From Nymphaea colorata (Eukaryota): a stretch of DNA of 64,000 nucleotides. Where the stretch lies: the NCBI RefSeq assembly GCF_008831285.2, contig NC_045138.2, positions 42,284,001-42,348,000 on the forward strand. The letters run 5' to 3'. Each line of letters begins with the position of its first letter. The first letter of the stretch is position 1. Shown in pieces: positions 38,801 to 50,098 of the stretch. Below the pieces are notes generated by a model. It worked only from the letters and a program-made list of their open reading frames with translations. It was not told the origin of the DNA and ran no database searches. The translations under genes and the position numbers were made by a program.

Positions 38801-39868
38801 TCCACCTCACACGAGCCTTTTGTCTTAGTCGCTCCTCCTCCATCTTAATAAGCTTTAAGAGGGTGAGGCGAAGCTTCAACTCACGGGAGCTTGCTGTCGG
38901 ATCGCCCTCTTCCATTTGCTTTTGAGTCGCTCCCACCTGCAGTCTAAGTCTGCCAATAATTTTGTCTAGGTCATTCGGACCTTGCTTGGCCCAAACACGA
39001 AGCTTATTTCTGACAAGTTGGAGTTTAGATACCAATCTAACCATGGGGCAGCCACCAACCTGCTGTGCCCAACAGTCTGCAACAAGGCTTCTACACTTGG
39101 GAAATTGTTCCCAATAGTTGAAATACCGAAAGACCGACATGCCGCTGGTAAAGGTGTGATTCCTCACAGCCTCCATCATAATAGGGCTATGGTCAGAAGA
39201 AGTGCGAGGCAAGATGCAAAGACTGAAAAGCCAATCACGACAGTCCCACCAGTCATGGGTGACAAAACAATGGTCAATCAGACTCTGCACATTGTCGGGC
39301 CCCATTCTATTGTTGGACCAGGAGAATTTGGTTCGGGAGTCGAGAATTTCCATGAGCTGATTGGCCCTGATGAAATTATTGAAGAGAATGCACGGCCACA
39401 GGGTAGGGGTCTTCCTGATTTTTGTGACATATCCCTAACTGCATTAAAATCACCCAAGCAGACATGCGGCTTGCTTATGCTTGAAAGTTCAGCACTGAGC
39501 TCATCAAACTGGAACCTCCGAATACGAAAGTCCGGATGGAGATACACCCCTACAACTGAAAAAATTCTGCCAGAACTTAGGTGTTTAACTACGATAGAAA
39601 TCCAATAAACTTGCACTTTTGGTTCCTGCACCTGCACTTTGTCTGCATCCCACAATAGCCAAATCCTAGCCCATTGGCCATTAAGATGGATATTAGAAAT
39701 AGAATGATATCTGGGGAACTTGAAACTTAGCTTTTCCAAAGTAGCCTCATTCAGTTTTGTATCTATGAGGACAGCAATGTCTGGGTTAGCATGCTGAAAA
39801 ATAAGCTGAAGATCATGCTGGCCAGTGACGCCGGCCAGCCCACGAGCGTTCCAAGATAGGAACCTCAT
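35811..39868 (-). pseudogene. LINE ORF2 (APE endonuclease, reverse transcriptase, zf-RVT, RNase H-like) with two frameshifts
   Basis: MRFLSWNARGL, LGDFN and SDHSPI (APE); KIDLSKAYDRVNW, GLRQGDPLSPYLF and YADDILL (RT); CYICNNAQEDINHVFLQC (zf-RVT). Frame breaks near 39350 and 36740. Confidence 0.92.
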
Positions 39869-40835
39869 TGCGACCCCATAGGAAGGTGACATACACTACT
39901 ACACCCTAGCAGGTCAGCTCTGTTAGGGCTATTTTCCGTTTCTTCCATACAAATTGTATTCTTTTCTTTAAGTAAAGGTACACTCATTCCTTGATCTCCT
40001 GGATCTTCAGCAGCTGAGGAGGCTCTAGCTTCAGCTGCACTGAAGCTAAAGTGATCCATGGAGTGAGGACTTAGCAGCTCTGCGTCTGCGCGAGAAACCA
40101 TTAAACCAGAGAGGACCTTGTCTGGCTGAGGAAGATTGCTGGACCTCTTCTTGAAAGAGCTAGTCGCTTTGCTTTTCAACTGGCGTTTCTTCTCCATTGG
40201 GCTTTTTCGATGGGGCAACATAACATTCAGGGGTTGATTCTGGGTATCATCAATAGCCATAGAATCCTTACTTTGGTGGGCTCGAAGGCTGCTTGCGCTC
40301 GCCATCCTCATAGATTCGGATGGAGCATTTGCTGTATTACAAGTTCTATCATGTTCCATCATTTCAACGTCAGACTCCTTGCCCTTCGCAGGTGACTCCT
40401 TAGCATGCTCTACCGATTTCCTACTGGTGTGCTCAGATTTTTGCTTATATCTAGTCCCTTCCTCTTCTGCATTGACACCCTCCTCTTTCTCGAGCAAACT
40501 GTGAAGGGCTGAGAATCTGTTGGCCTGGCCAGCTTGACCAGCCATTTTACTCCGGGAAAAGGACCGGCGTTTGGGGCTTTTAACTGTCATCCAGGCCTTC
40601 CCATCATCTACTGTTGCAGGATCTTCTGAGGGGTCTTGCTTCAGCTCCTCACAAGCGAAAGTAAAGTGGGACGTCGCCCCACACCTAAGGCAGTATTTCA
40701 CCTTCGATTCATATTCAACACTCTGCGCCAGGGCAACACCTTCTTCAAACGATATTCTAACTTCATTCACTGGAATAAAGCCCAGCGGAACCTCAAGGAG
40801 CACACGCGCATACCCCAAACTAGCGACCTCCTTAG
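39865..40835 (-). pseudogene. LINE ORF1, C-terminal portion (zinc knuckle), N-terminus truncated
   Basis: YARVLLEV...QSVEYESKVKYCLRCGATSHFTFAC is the plant L1 ORF1 CX2CX4HX4C knuckle. The predicted N-terminus of the 336-aa ORF is AT-rich flank. Confidence 0.85.
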
Positions 40836-43800
40836 TGAATGCTAAGAACAATAAAAAATTACAAAAACAAAACATAGCAACATAGGATGGACTTTCTTTC
40901 TCTAAAACATGAATGTGCAGTAAATAGCAGTGTGCACCTTAAGTCAGCTAAAATTAATTCCTAACATATACTCTTTGTAAATAATACCACTTGAAACATG
41001 AGATAACTAATTAATCTATCAACTACAACAGAAATTTGCAGTAAAAAACAGTAAAACCAAGATAAAACACCTAAATGTTATACTTGAAACCTAAAAACAG
41101 TAAAAAAGCAATTTAAACTATTAAATCAGCTATAATTAAAGATTAACAAGTATTTTTTTTTACTAAAAACCTTTTTAAACAAGAAATAACTATTGAACCA
41201 CTAATTTACAGTAGAAATTATAGTAAAAATATGGTAGAAAACGAGGTAAAGCACCTACACTATATACTTAGGGACCTCAAAACGGTAAAAAAAAATCAGT
41301 TTGAATCATTAAAATAAATACAACTATGGGTTACCATCTAATATTAAACTAAAAATGGATATAAATAAAAAATAACTATTCAAACTATGAAATGGCAGCA
41401 CCAGTTGCACTAAAAAGCAAGACTAAATAAGACAAAACTCATGCACACAATTCCAAAAATCAAAAAGTGAAGACCAACTAAAATTTCAACTTAACAACTA
41501 AAATACACTTAAGAACAACATGAAAAGACATGTATTCATCAAAGAAACCTACATAAGTATAATCTTATACTAAGCTTACTGATTAACTACATAAGTATAA
41601 ACTTATACTAAGCTTACTGATTAACTAAAGTAAATCATGCTTTAAACCCCAAAAAAGATTTCTAAACTACCCAGTTACATTATATCAACTACTTTACCAT
41701 TCCACAACATAGACTAGCTATATTTGACTATAGTTCAGCAAGATTCATAAGTTAGAACATTAAAGCACACTACAGCTGCTGCAAAATGTAAACAAACTGA
41801 ATTAAAATAGGAGCAGAAGCAACCAAAGACACCAAAATTGTCATTATCCTAGCTAGCAAGCATCAATCCTTTAACTAGAATTATTGAAATCAGCAGACCA
41901 TTAACTAGAAAGCATTTAAAAAAACTAATTTACACTTGGAATCAATGAGAATCAACAAAAATGAAAGGAAATAGGTGTTGTATATAATTGGCACTTTTGT
42001 TTATATATCTACCAAGCCTGAAGCCCCAAATTTAACAACATATTCAACACTGAATTAACAATATGTGCATAAAAACCACTTACTATGTACTAAGGCACAG
42101 TGAAACTCAAGTGGTAGATGCTGCCACTTCATGAAGTGAGAAAGAAATCAAGTGAAAAGGACTGCCGAACACAGCTAGCAGTTTGACCAGACAGTCAAGA
42201 AGCTGTCAGTGAGGCTTCTCACATGGCTCCAAATCTAAAACTACAATAAAATTGCATAAACTCGTTGAAAATGAATCAAACTTACTGCTACATGACAAAA
42301 AAATTATGCACTCATACATGATGGTCTACACTAATCGATTAACCCAAGTAAAAATCTGTAATATAAACCTGCAAACTAAGACATGCTCACAAGATTTGAC
42401 AGGAAAACACCTAAAAGCCAAGACACATGACTAGAAAAACTTGGGAATCCTATTCTAGTTCATGGGAAACATGAAAGTGTACCTAATTTATGGTATGCAA
42501 TGCAACAAGTTGGTAAATACCTAACTAAAATCGGTTGTGGTCCACTTGAATCCAGGATGCAAAGCTCAAGCTACCTTCTGGACTCCTCCGACTTCAATCC
42601 TCTATACACCAAGCATGGTTATGGGTTTGAGGGAAATAAGGATGTTGAAGGAGTTGGGTCACAGTGGGAGTAGATGTTTTGACCAAGGGGTGTCACCTAG
42701 TGAAGTTGTTGCAACTTCTTCTCCTAGGGCATGACTAGGCTAGACTGGAAAAGAAAAGAGAGAGGGGGGAGACAAGCTATGCCTCTTCCAAAGAAACATG
42801 AGCCATGGTCTAGCTCCTATACTTTTTTGTTTTTTGTTTTACAAAAACCGTGTCCATCAACTCTATTTTTATAAAAACACTCTTACTTCTTTTCTTTTCT
42901 ACTTGATTCAACTAATATTTATTAAGAAAAATGCAAAATCTAAGTTTAAATAAATGCAAGATATGATTCCAAGGCCTAAATTCTACCAAAGATATGAGTT
43001 TTTAAGATAAAAAAATATTATTTTACCATTGGAAGCCAAGTTTTACTGTTTTACATGTACTTTATTCATTTTAGCTTTGATTTCGATCAAATTCGAACGG
43101 TGTTTCCTTGAGCTTTACACAAATACAAAACATGAGGATTGCAGCACTAAATAAAAATTAATGCATTTCATGCATTATTAAAAGCCTCCATGCTTACACA
43201 AACACTATCATTTAATTCTAATCATAGTTTTAGTTTTATTCTGCTTTTCTAGAAAGCATGGTTGCATTTAGCATATGCAACAAGCCTTTTGACCCTCCAA
43301 GTTTCACCTTAGAAGACTAATGCAGTCTCCTGAGGGTTTAGGATACAAATCTAACATCTACATCATGAAAATATATATATATAACACATTATTAGGAGTT
43401 TAAAACACATTATTAGGAGTTTAGGATACAAATCTAACATCTACATCATGAAATCCCATTCATTAGATTGAATAAAGCAAATTCCATGCCGCCACAGTAG
43501 AAATAAATTTTGAAATTTTGTTCCAAATTTGTAACAACTTTCTACTTCTTTGAAAATCATGTATGTTTAGCTCATCATTTTTCAATCAATGTTCCTACAC
43601 AATGTGTGACATGCTCTCTTCTGATTCTTTTTCAATGACTTTTTTAATGTATAGTAGAAATGAGCCGCCCTTTAATCTAGACAATGTAATCTTCACTTTG
43701 AATCATAGGCTAGAGCTACTACAGGTTCCACCGCTTTGGTGGTTATGTGTAGTTTTATCGTGTCATGTCATCAAGCTTGCTACTCACTTTTTTTTTATTT

Positions 43801-43899
43801 TTTCTTTTTTTTTTAATAAGCCTTAAACATGACTAGATAGAAGTACATATCATCTATATTTCGGAGGCAGTAGATACATCAACTTAACTTCATCCCTCT

Positions 43900-45890
43900 A
43901 CTCAAAAAATTGGATAGCGGAATTTACACTCACCCTAAACTCATTCTACCACTTATGTATCCATTGATTATTAATTAATTTTACCTACCACACAAAGTTA
44001 TATAAGTGCTTCAATCCAAATTCAAACTATCACATACAATCAGTTCATCAAATTATATTTTTAAGATTGGTTTTGAATTTTTTTTTCAAATTGGGCTTAA
44101 AAATTTCTTGAAATACTCTAATTCATATTGTTGCAATCTATACAAAGTTAATAATGGAACTTTTTTTATGCCTAATGTAGTGAGTTTTTACAAAAATAGA
44201 TACTAGAGAATTGCTTGAGATATTCATCCCTTCCCTCATGCTTAAACATTGCTGCCCTCAGCAATGCCCCCATTCTTAAACCAAACTACATGGATGCAGG
44301 ATGTTAAAAATAATAAGAGCAGCGAAAGCAAGGAAAATATGACTTGATAGTTCCCACGAATGGTCCTCATGATGTGATCGTGCTCCCAAATTTTGCTACT
44401 TCAATAACTCACTTATAACAAACAAAGATTAAGCATACATGTCTTATTAATATACATCTTCACAAAATTTATATGCAGAAAGATGAAAAAGAAAGTACTA
44501 ACTACGTAACATACAAGAGAGGGGAACATAAATGTTTCTAATTCTGTGGGTCATAAAGATTCATCTTCTCCATGTCACTATCTTCCTGATTTCCAATGTG
44601 GTATTTAAATTTCTGACCATTCACTATAAATTGTTTACCCGTTCCAATATCTTTGATCATAACTACTCCACTAGGGTAAGCCTCAACTACCTTGTATGGA
44701 TCCTTCCACCTTGTTAAGAGTTTGCCTGGGAAGAGCTGGAGTCTTGAATTATAAAACCATACTTTCTGCCCTGGGACAAATAATCTTCTTTGAATGCATG
44801 TATCATGAAATGCCTTCATTCGTTCCTTATAAATCTTGGGTTTTTTATATGCATCATTTCTCGACTCCTCCGGCTCACTTAATTGCAATTTTCTCTCTTC
44901 ACCTGCGTGAGTCAAGCCAAAATTTAATTTGTTGATCACCCAATATGCTTGGTGCTCCTGAGTCAAGCCAAAATTTAATTTGTTGATCAACCAATATGCT
45001 TGGTGTTCCTGAGTCAAGCCAAAATTTAATTTGTTGATCACCCAATATGCTTGGTACTCCAAGTCTACTAGCAAGTGACATGCCTTGTCAAACACTAATC
45101 GATAATGTGACATGTCAGTCAGGTTCTTGAAGGTAGTCTGATACAACCAAAGTACGTCATCCAACCTGACAGACCAATCCTGTTGATTGGGAGTAACTGT
45201 CTTCTCCAAAATTCTCTTTATTTCCCTATTACACACTTTTACATGTCCACTTGTCTGTGGATGATAGGGGGTGATGATCTTATGGTCAACACCATACTCC
45301 CTCAACAATAGTGCCACTTGACCATTTCTAAAATGCTTTCTTCTGTCTGAATGACAGCTCTTGGCATCTCAAACTTACTGAAAATGTAGCGTCTGATCAA
45401 TTTTAAAACTACATTGTGATTATTGGTCTGAGTGGCGACTGCTTCTATCTACTTGGAGACATAGTCCACCACGACAAGAATGTAACATGTTTCCAAATGA
45501 TGGTGGAAAAGGTCTCACGAAATCAACACTCCAAATATCAAATATCTTGATAACTAAAATGGAGGTCAACGGCATCATCATCTGCCTCTTTCCGATGCCA
45601 GAGGTTTGCAGACAATGAGGGCATGGTTGATGAATCTCATGAACATCTTTATGTAGTGTAGGTCACCACAATTCTGATTGTAACACTTTAGTTGCAATCT
45701 TAAGAGTGGAGAAGTGGCCTCCACAATGAAGAAAATGGCAAAACTCTAAAATTGGCTGATGTTCGTCATGTGGAATACATCATCTGATAACTTGATATGT
45801 TTCTAAATGAAATAGTTCTGGTTTCTCCTAGAAGTAATGACTTGCTTAAGATGCTAGATTATCTCTTTTTGATTTGCTCTAGTTTTCAAG
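43900..45890 (-). mobile_element. Athila/Tat-like non-chromovirus gypsy remnant: integrase and 3' untranslated region
   Basis: VIRxCIPHDEHQPILEFCH, TPYHPQTSGHVKVCNREIKRILEKTV and LFPGKLLTRWKDPY...FIVNGQKFKY. PPT-like tracts at about 44229-44245 and 43929-43941. The AT-rich LTR-like DNA to the left (to about 34500, split by the LINE) may belong to it. Confidence 0.8.
44908..45060 (-). repeat. 51-bp tandem triplication within the gypsy integrase (17-aa in-frame repeat)
   Basis: TGAGTCAAGCCAAAATTTAATTTGTTGATC... at 44908, 44959 and 45010, translating as (EHQAYWVINKLNFGLTQ)x3. Confidence 0.95.
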
Positions 45891-45898
45891 CATCCTTA

Positions 45899-46792
45899 TG
45901 AAACCGGCTTGGATCAATTCGGGAGTGGGACCCAAGTTGGGTCCGTTACCCCTGATTTTTGAGTTTGGGAGTCCGAATCCAGGTCCAAACCCGTTTAGCC
46001 CACTTTCTTGGACTAGATCTGATTTGGGATCGCCTTTGGGCAGAGTCCAAACTCACGTTCCATGCTCAAAACCTCCACTGAAAATGCCGCCTTGACTGCT
46101 GAGGAGAAGATGTTTGGCGGTCCACCACCTTAGCATAAGCAGGTGTGAAGTGGGCCTCCTTTGAACCGAGCCAGACCTTTTTAGGTGAAGACTCATTTTG
46201 AGGATTGAGAGGTTTAAAATTCTTCCACGACAACTCTTCTCCAACCCGGGGAGACTGATGCAGTGCGATAGATCCAGATCCATACTTTTGTAATTAGATC
46301 TAGATATTTTCAAATACAGTAAATGGATCCAGATCTGAAATTCATCTCTTTCTCTACATAAAGGAACGTGGGTTCATTTTGTACGTACAGTTAGAAGTTG
46401 GAAGTTGAAGAGTAAAAAGAAAAGAAATGCAAGCTTTCTCTTAGTTTTCTTCTGTTTTTTCCTTTTGTCTATTTATTTGCTTGAGTTTTAGTTAGCTTTA
46501 AGCGTAGTTTCAACTTAATTGTGCGTGACGATGGGTTGAGATTCGTTAATCTTAATCTGTCTTGCATTAGTTGCCGATTGATACTTGTTTCAAACTAGCG
46601 ACTTGCTGGTCGATAAATCAATTAGTCAGCTTAACCGTTGGCCAATACTAATCCATGACCTACAAATATATGTATATGCGTTCTTTGTATAGACACATTT
46701 GCTTGTGCATTTATTTTCACATAAATAAATTTATTTATTTATTTCAATTGACTAGGGTGAGTAGTCCTCTGTCCGACCATTCGATTTTGACA
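45899..46792. mobile_element. Probable solo LTR (about 894 bp) inserted in the Athila-like pol
   Basis: Ends TGAAACC ... TTTTGACA. Flanks CCTTA / ACTTA (4/5). Joining the flanks gives a decayed YAxxxxY-LVxxxxPKD segment typical of the Athila RNase H/integrase junction. Confidence 0.55.
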
Positions 46793-46940
46793 ACTTAGGT
46801 GAAAATACACTAACCAATTAGTACCTAGAATGTTGTGCATAAGACATTAACATGAAGATATCTACCATACAACTGATTAAGCATAGAAAAAAAAAGCAGG
46901 TCAGCAAATAAAAAATTAAACCTTGCCACAATCAAGTTAC

Positions 46941-47792
46941 CTATCATTCTGTGCAGAAGAGTCAACTTTTGAAAACACATCTCCAAATCGGACATAGAAA
47001 AACCCTCTCAATGTCCTCGCGTCCACAGACATATAAAGACAAAAATAATATTCGACATCTCTAGATTCCATCAAAGATAAGGAAAATGAATCCCTGCTTG
47101 AAAGAATCCACCTCTCATTACGATTTCGTAAGGCTTGAGATAAAGCAGCTGCAACTTCTTCTGAATCCCCAGGTGCTGGCCAAAGTCATGCAGCAACAGC
47201 TGAAAAAAAAACCATCAAACATGGTCATAACCAAAAGAGAAAAAAAGATGCTCTTCATAGGGAAGAAAAGCCTGCAACTTCACCTCAACCACTAACTTGG
47301 GACAACAGAAAAGCTGTTCCTTGTTGCAAAGGTAAGGTGTTCGATTCGTTGTCACAATCGCCCAAAGGCAAGGCACAGTAAGCGCTACAGGAAAAAAATT
47401 ATAGAGTAACATTTTGAGCAGCAACAATTGCAATGAAAATAAGCTATCTGAGCCACAATAAGCAGAAGGAAATACGGAGTAATGTTTTGATCAGCAACAA
47501 GTGTGGTAAAAAAGAATAAAGCCCTACACGATAATTACTGAAATATCATCAGAAGCCTTCAAGTTCATTGATAGTTCTCGCTTAACCAGAAAACCTGCAA
47601 CAATCTTCCTCTTGCAGCCAGGCACGGTCACCCGATGGTGCCTGCCTTTTCAGGAAGGCAAACCCTCCGGCGTTTTGTTCTTGACAAGGAATGGGAGAAC
47701 CCAAAAGCCTTCCTTTCTCTTAACCTCAATGGCAGAGGTCAGGCTAGCCCTCTAGCAGCAACAGGCGAAGGGCCGTTGGGCTCAATTGCCAT
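46941..47792 (-). pseudogene. Unidentified intron-containing gene fragment (4 exons: about 47792-47539, 47384-47297, 47199-47112, 47030-46941)
   Basis: Four GT donors and two AG acceptors after T-tracts, plus one acceptor mutated to AT. Introns of 154, 97 and 81 nt with compatible phases (0, 1, 2). The spliced frame is interrupted by TGA codons. Confidence 0.55.
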
Positions 47793-48209
47793 AGATGTAG
47801 CAAATACTGGAGGATGTCACTCTATGGTCTTTACGCAGTGGAAGAGCAGCGTACCCACTCTGTGTACTGTTGCAGGCTCCCAACGATTGCTTGGAAAGCT
47901 CATAGGAATGACCCCAATGGTGCCACGCGCGAAAGCTCAAACGAGGGATGTAGGGAAGGAACGAGAAAATTTCGGGAAAGAAACGCTGTTATCGGGCGAA
48001 GAAAGGAAGAACTTTGGGGACAATACCGTAGGAAGAGGGAAGAAAAAAGATTGGGGAAGAAAAACAGCGGTGATAAATGTCATCGGTATAGGCGGTGATA
48101 AAAGTTTTGGTAGTGGGGAGAAACTGCCCTACATTTAGGTTTTAAGGGTGACCTACATTCATACAAGCCTAATCTAATGTGAACAAAAGAGACCTTACTG
48201 ACTTACTAG

Positions 48210-48720
48210 TAAGGCTGTTAAATGAGTCAGCGAACTCGAGCTCGACTCAAACTCGCTTGATAAACTTAACTCGAACTCGACTCATTTATTAAACGAGTGG
48301 ACCTCGAGTTAAGTGGGCTCGGCTTGGTTAAGTTTGAAAAATATATATATATAAAATACATTTCATAAAATTATCAAAAAAGGTAGATTGTTCAAATGGG
48401 TATGTATGTGATTGGTATGTAGGAGGTTTGATGTTCAAATCTACATGCTGCCTCTTTTAAAAAATTATTTTTTAATTAAATGCTTGTCTCGACTCAAGCC
48501 AATCTTCAGCGAATCGAGCCGAGTTCAAGTTGTAAGAGCTCGCATTGAGCTCAAGCTAATGAAATCGAACATGACTCAAGCTCGAGCCGGATCGAGCTCA
48601 AGCTAATGAAATCAAATTCGACTGGAGCTCGCCCAAGCAAAGATCGAGTTTCTTTAAAGATAGTTGAGCCGAGTTCAAGCTGGCTCAGCTTGGCTCGAAC
48701 TTGGCCCATGAACAGCCCTA
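48210..48720. mobile_element. Older hAT MITE related to 33123-33595
   Basis: TIRs TAAGGCTGTT / AACAGCCCTA, decayed TCGAG arrays, degenerate TSD CTTACTAG / CTGATCAG (5/8). Confidence 0.8.
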
Positions 48721-49095
48721 CTGATCAGCTAACACATTGTGGCTTGCGAATGCAAAGTATCCTACATAGATAAGGTGTGGAGTTCTCAAGTAGTTTGATT
48801 TCATTATAGTAAACTGCCACTTGCCCCTATTCCCAGTAATACTATTTTAATGTCATCAAAAATCAAAACCTATTCTCTCTCTTGGTTATGTATAGCTATT
48901 ATGTTGTGCCCACTTATGCGTGAGAGAAAGAGGCTTATGGTTCTCTCTGTTCATTCCTCTTTTTCATGCTTTTTCAATCCTTCATCTTCCTCATTGATTT
49001 ATGAGCATTTAAGAACTATTTTACATCACAAAAATGTATCATTGAATTAAAACTTGAATTTAGGACCGGGTAAATAGGGCTGGTTTGTGGGTAAG

Positions 49096-50055
49096 TGTAG
49101 AGGACAAGAGATTTGTGCATGTCTCTTTAATTGTTATCTTCCTATAATGACGTGTTTCTTTCCTTGTATTTTCAACTTTATGTTGGCAGTTATTTTTTTT
49201 TGTCATCTCCTCCAAATATGGTGGTTCTCTTGTTGTGGTGAATATCATTCTTTCACTGTCTAACCTCTTGCAAAGATAATGAAATCTCTCAGCCTCCGTG
49301 CTGTTTCAGTCGTTGATGTAGGCCATTGATTCAGGCTGAACCACGTTAATTTTGTGTGATTGCTCTATTTTTCTTCTCTTTTATTTCAACATGGTATCAA
49401 AGTGTTTTCAATCAACTGCTAAGAGTTTCTGCTGAGGTTGCTGAACCAGTGTATGTTGTTTTCTGTGTTTTCTTGCCATCACTTGAAGTACATCCTCCAT
49501 ATCATCTTCATCTTGAGTGTCATGGCTGAACCGGTTAACAATCGAGTCATTGAGAAGATTGTTGTCCAAGAGCAACCTAATCCTGCTATTAAAATCATAT
49601 CTATGCTTCTCAATGGGACTAATTACCTTGCATGGTCAAAAGAAGCAATGTAATTTTTGAGTAGAAAGTCAAAACTTGAATATGTTACCCGTGACCTCCC
49701 CAAGCCTGATGAGAATCGTTCCTTCTACAAGGAGTGGAAGATGACCAACCACATGGCCATGTCTTAGTTGATGAATTCTATGGAACTTAAAATTCAACAA
49801 GGTTTTTTTTTTTTTTTTTGGTTGAAACTGCTACACAAATTTAGAAAAAGGCTAAAGGTTTGTATGGAGAGAAAATAACCTAGCTCGGATGTTTCACTTG
49901 TAAAAAAAAAAAAATTGTTGTATAAAGAAGGATTAGAAAAACACTTTTAGTGAACATCTTGGTGACCTTCAGTGGGGTAGCTACATTGCAACTGCCTTGC
50001 CCACACCAGTCTCTTAAAAGTTCTTTATTTTTAAATGAGACTCTTAAATATTTAT

Positions 50056-50098
<43 letters not shown>

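Larger units (their letters stand above)
35724..40843 (-). mobile_element. 5'-truncated L1-clade LINE retrotransposon
   Basis: ORF1 C-terminal part followed by ORF2 (APE, RT, zf-RVT, RNase H-like). AATAAA and a GGGG-CTAA-CCCC hairpin at the 3' end. Candidate TSD AAGAAC (35718-35723 / 40844-40849); no clear poly(A), so boundaries are tentative. Confidence 0.9.

Noticed and set aside
38982..39608. 208-aa + strand ORF, and similar antisense ORFs over the TE pol genes
   Set aside because: These are antisense shadows of LINE or LTR coding sequence with no independent motifs.
46818..46826. Terminal mini-exon (G TAC TAA) for the unidentified pseudogene
   Set aside because: The phase fits, but the same bases read equally well as decayed Athila pol continuing across the solo LTR, so it cannot be supported.
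47635..48138. 167-aa + strand ORF as a real gene
   Set aside because: It has no domain. The splice signals and CT-rich leader-like sequence favour the - strand gene fragment instead.
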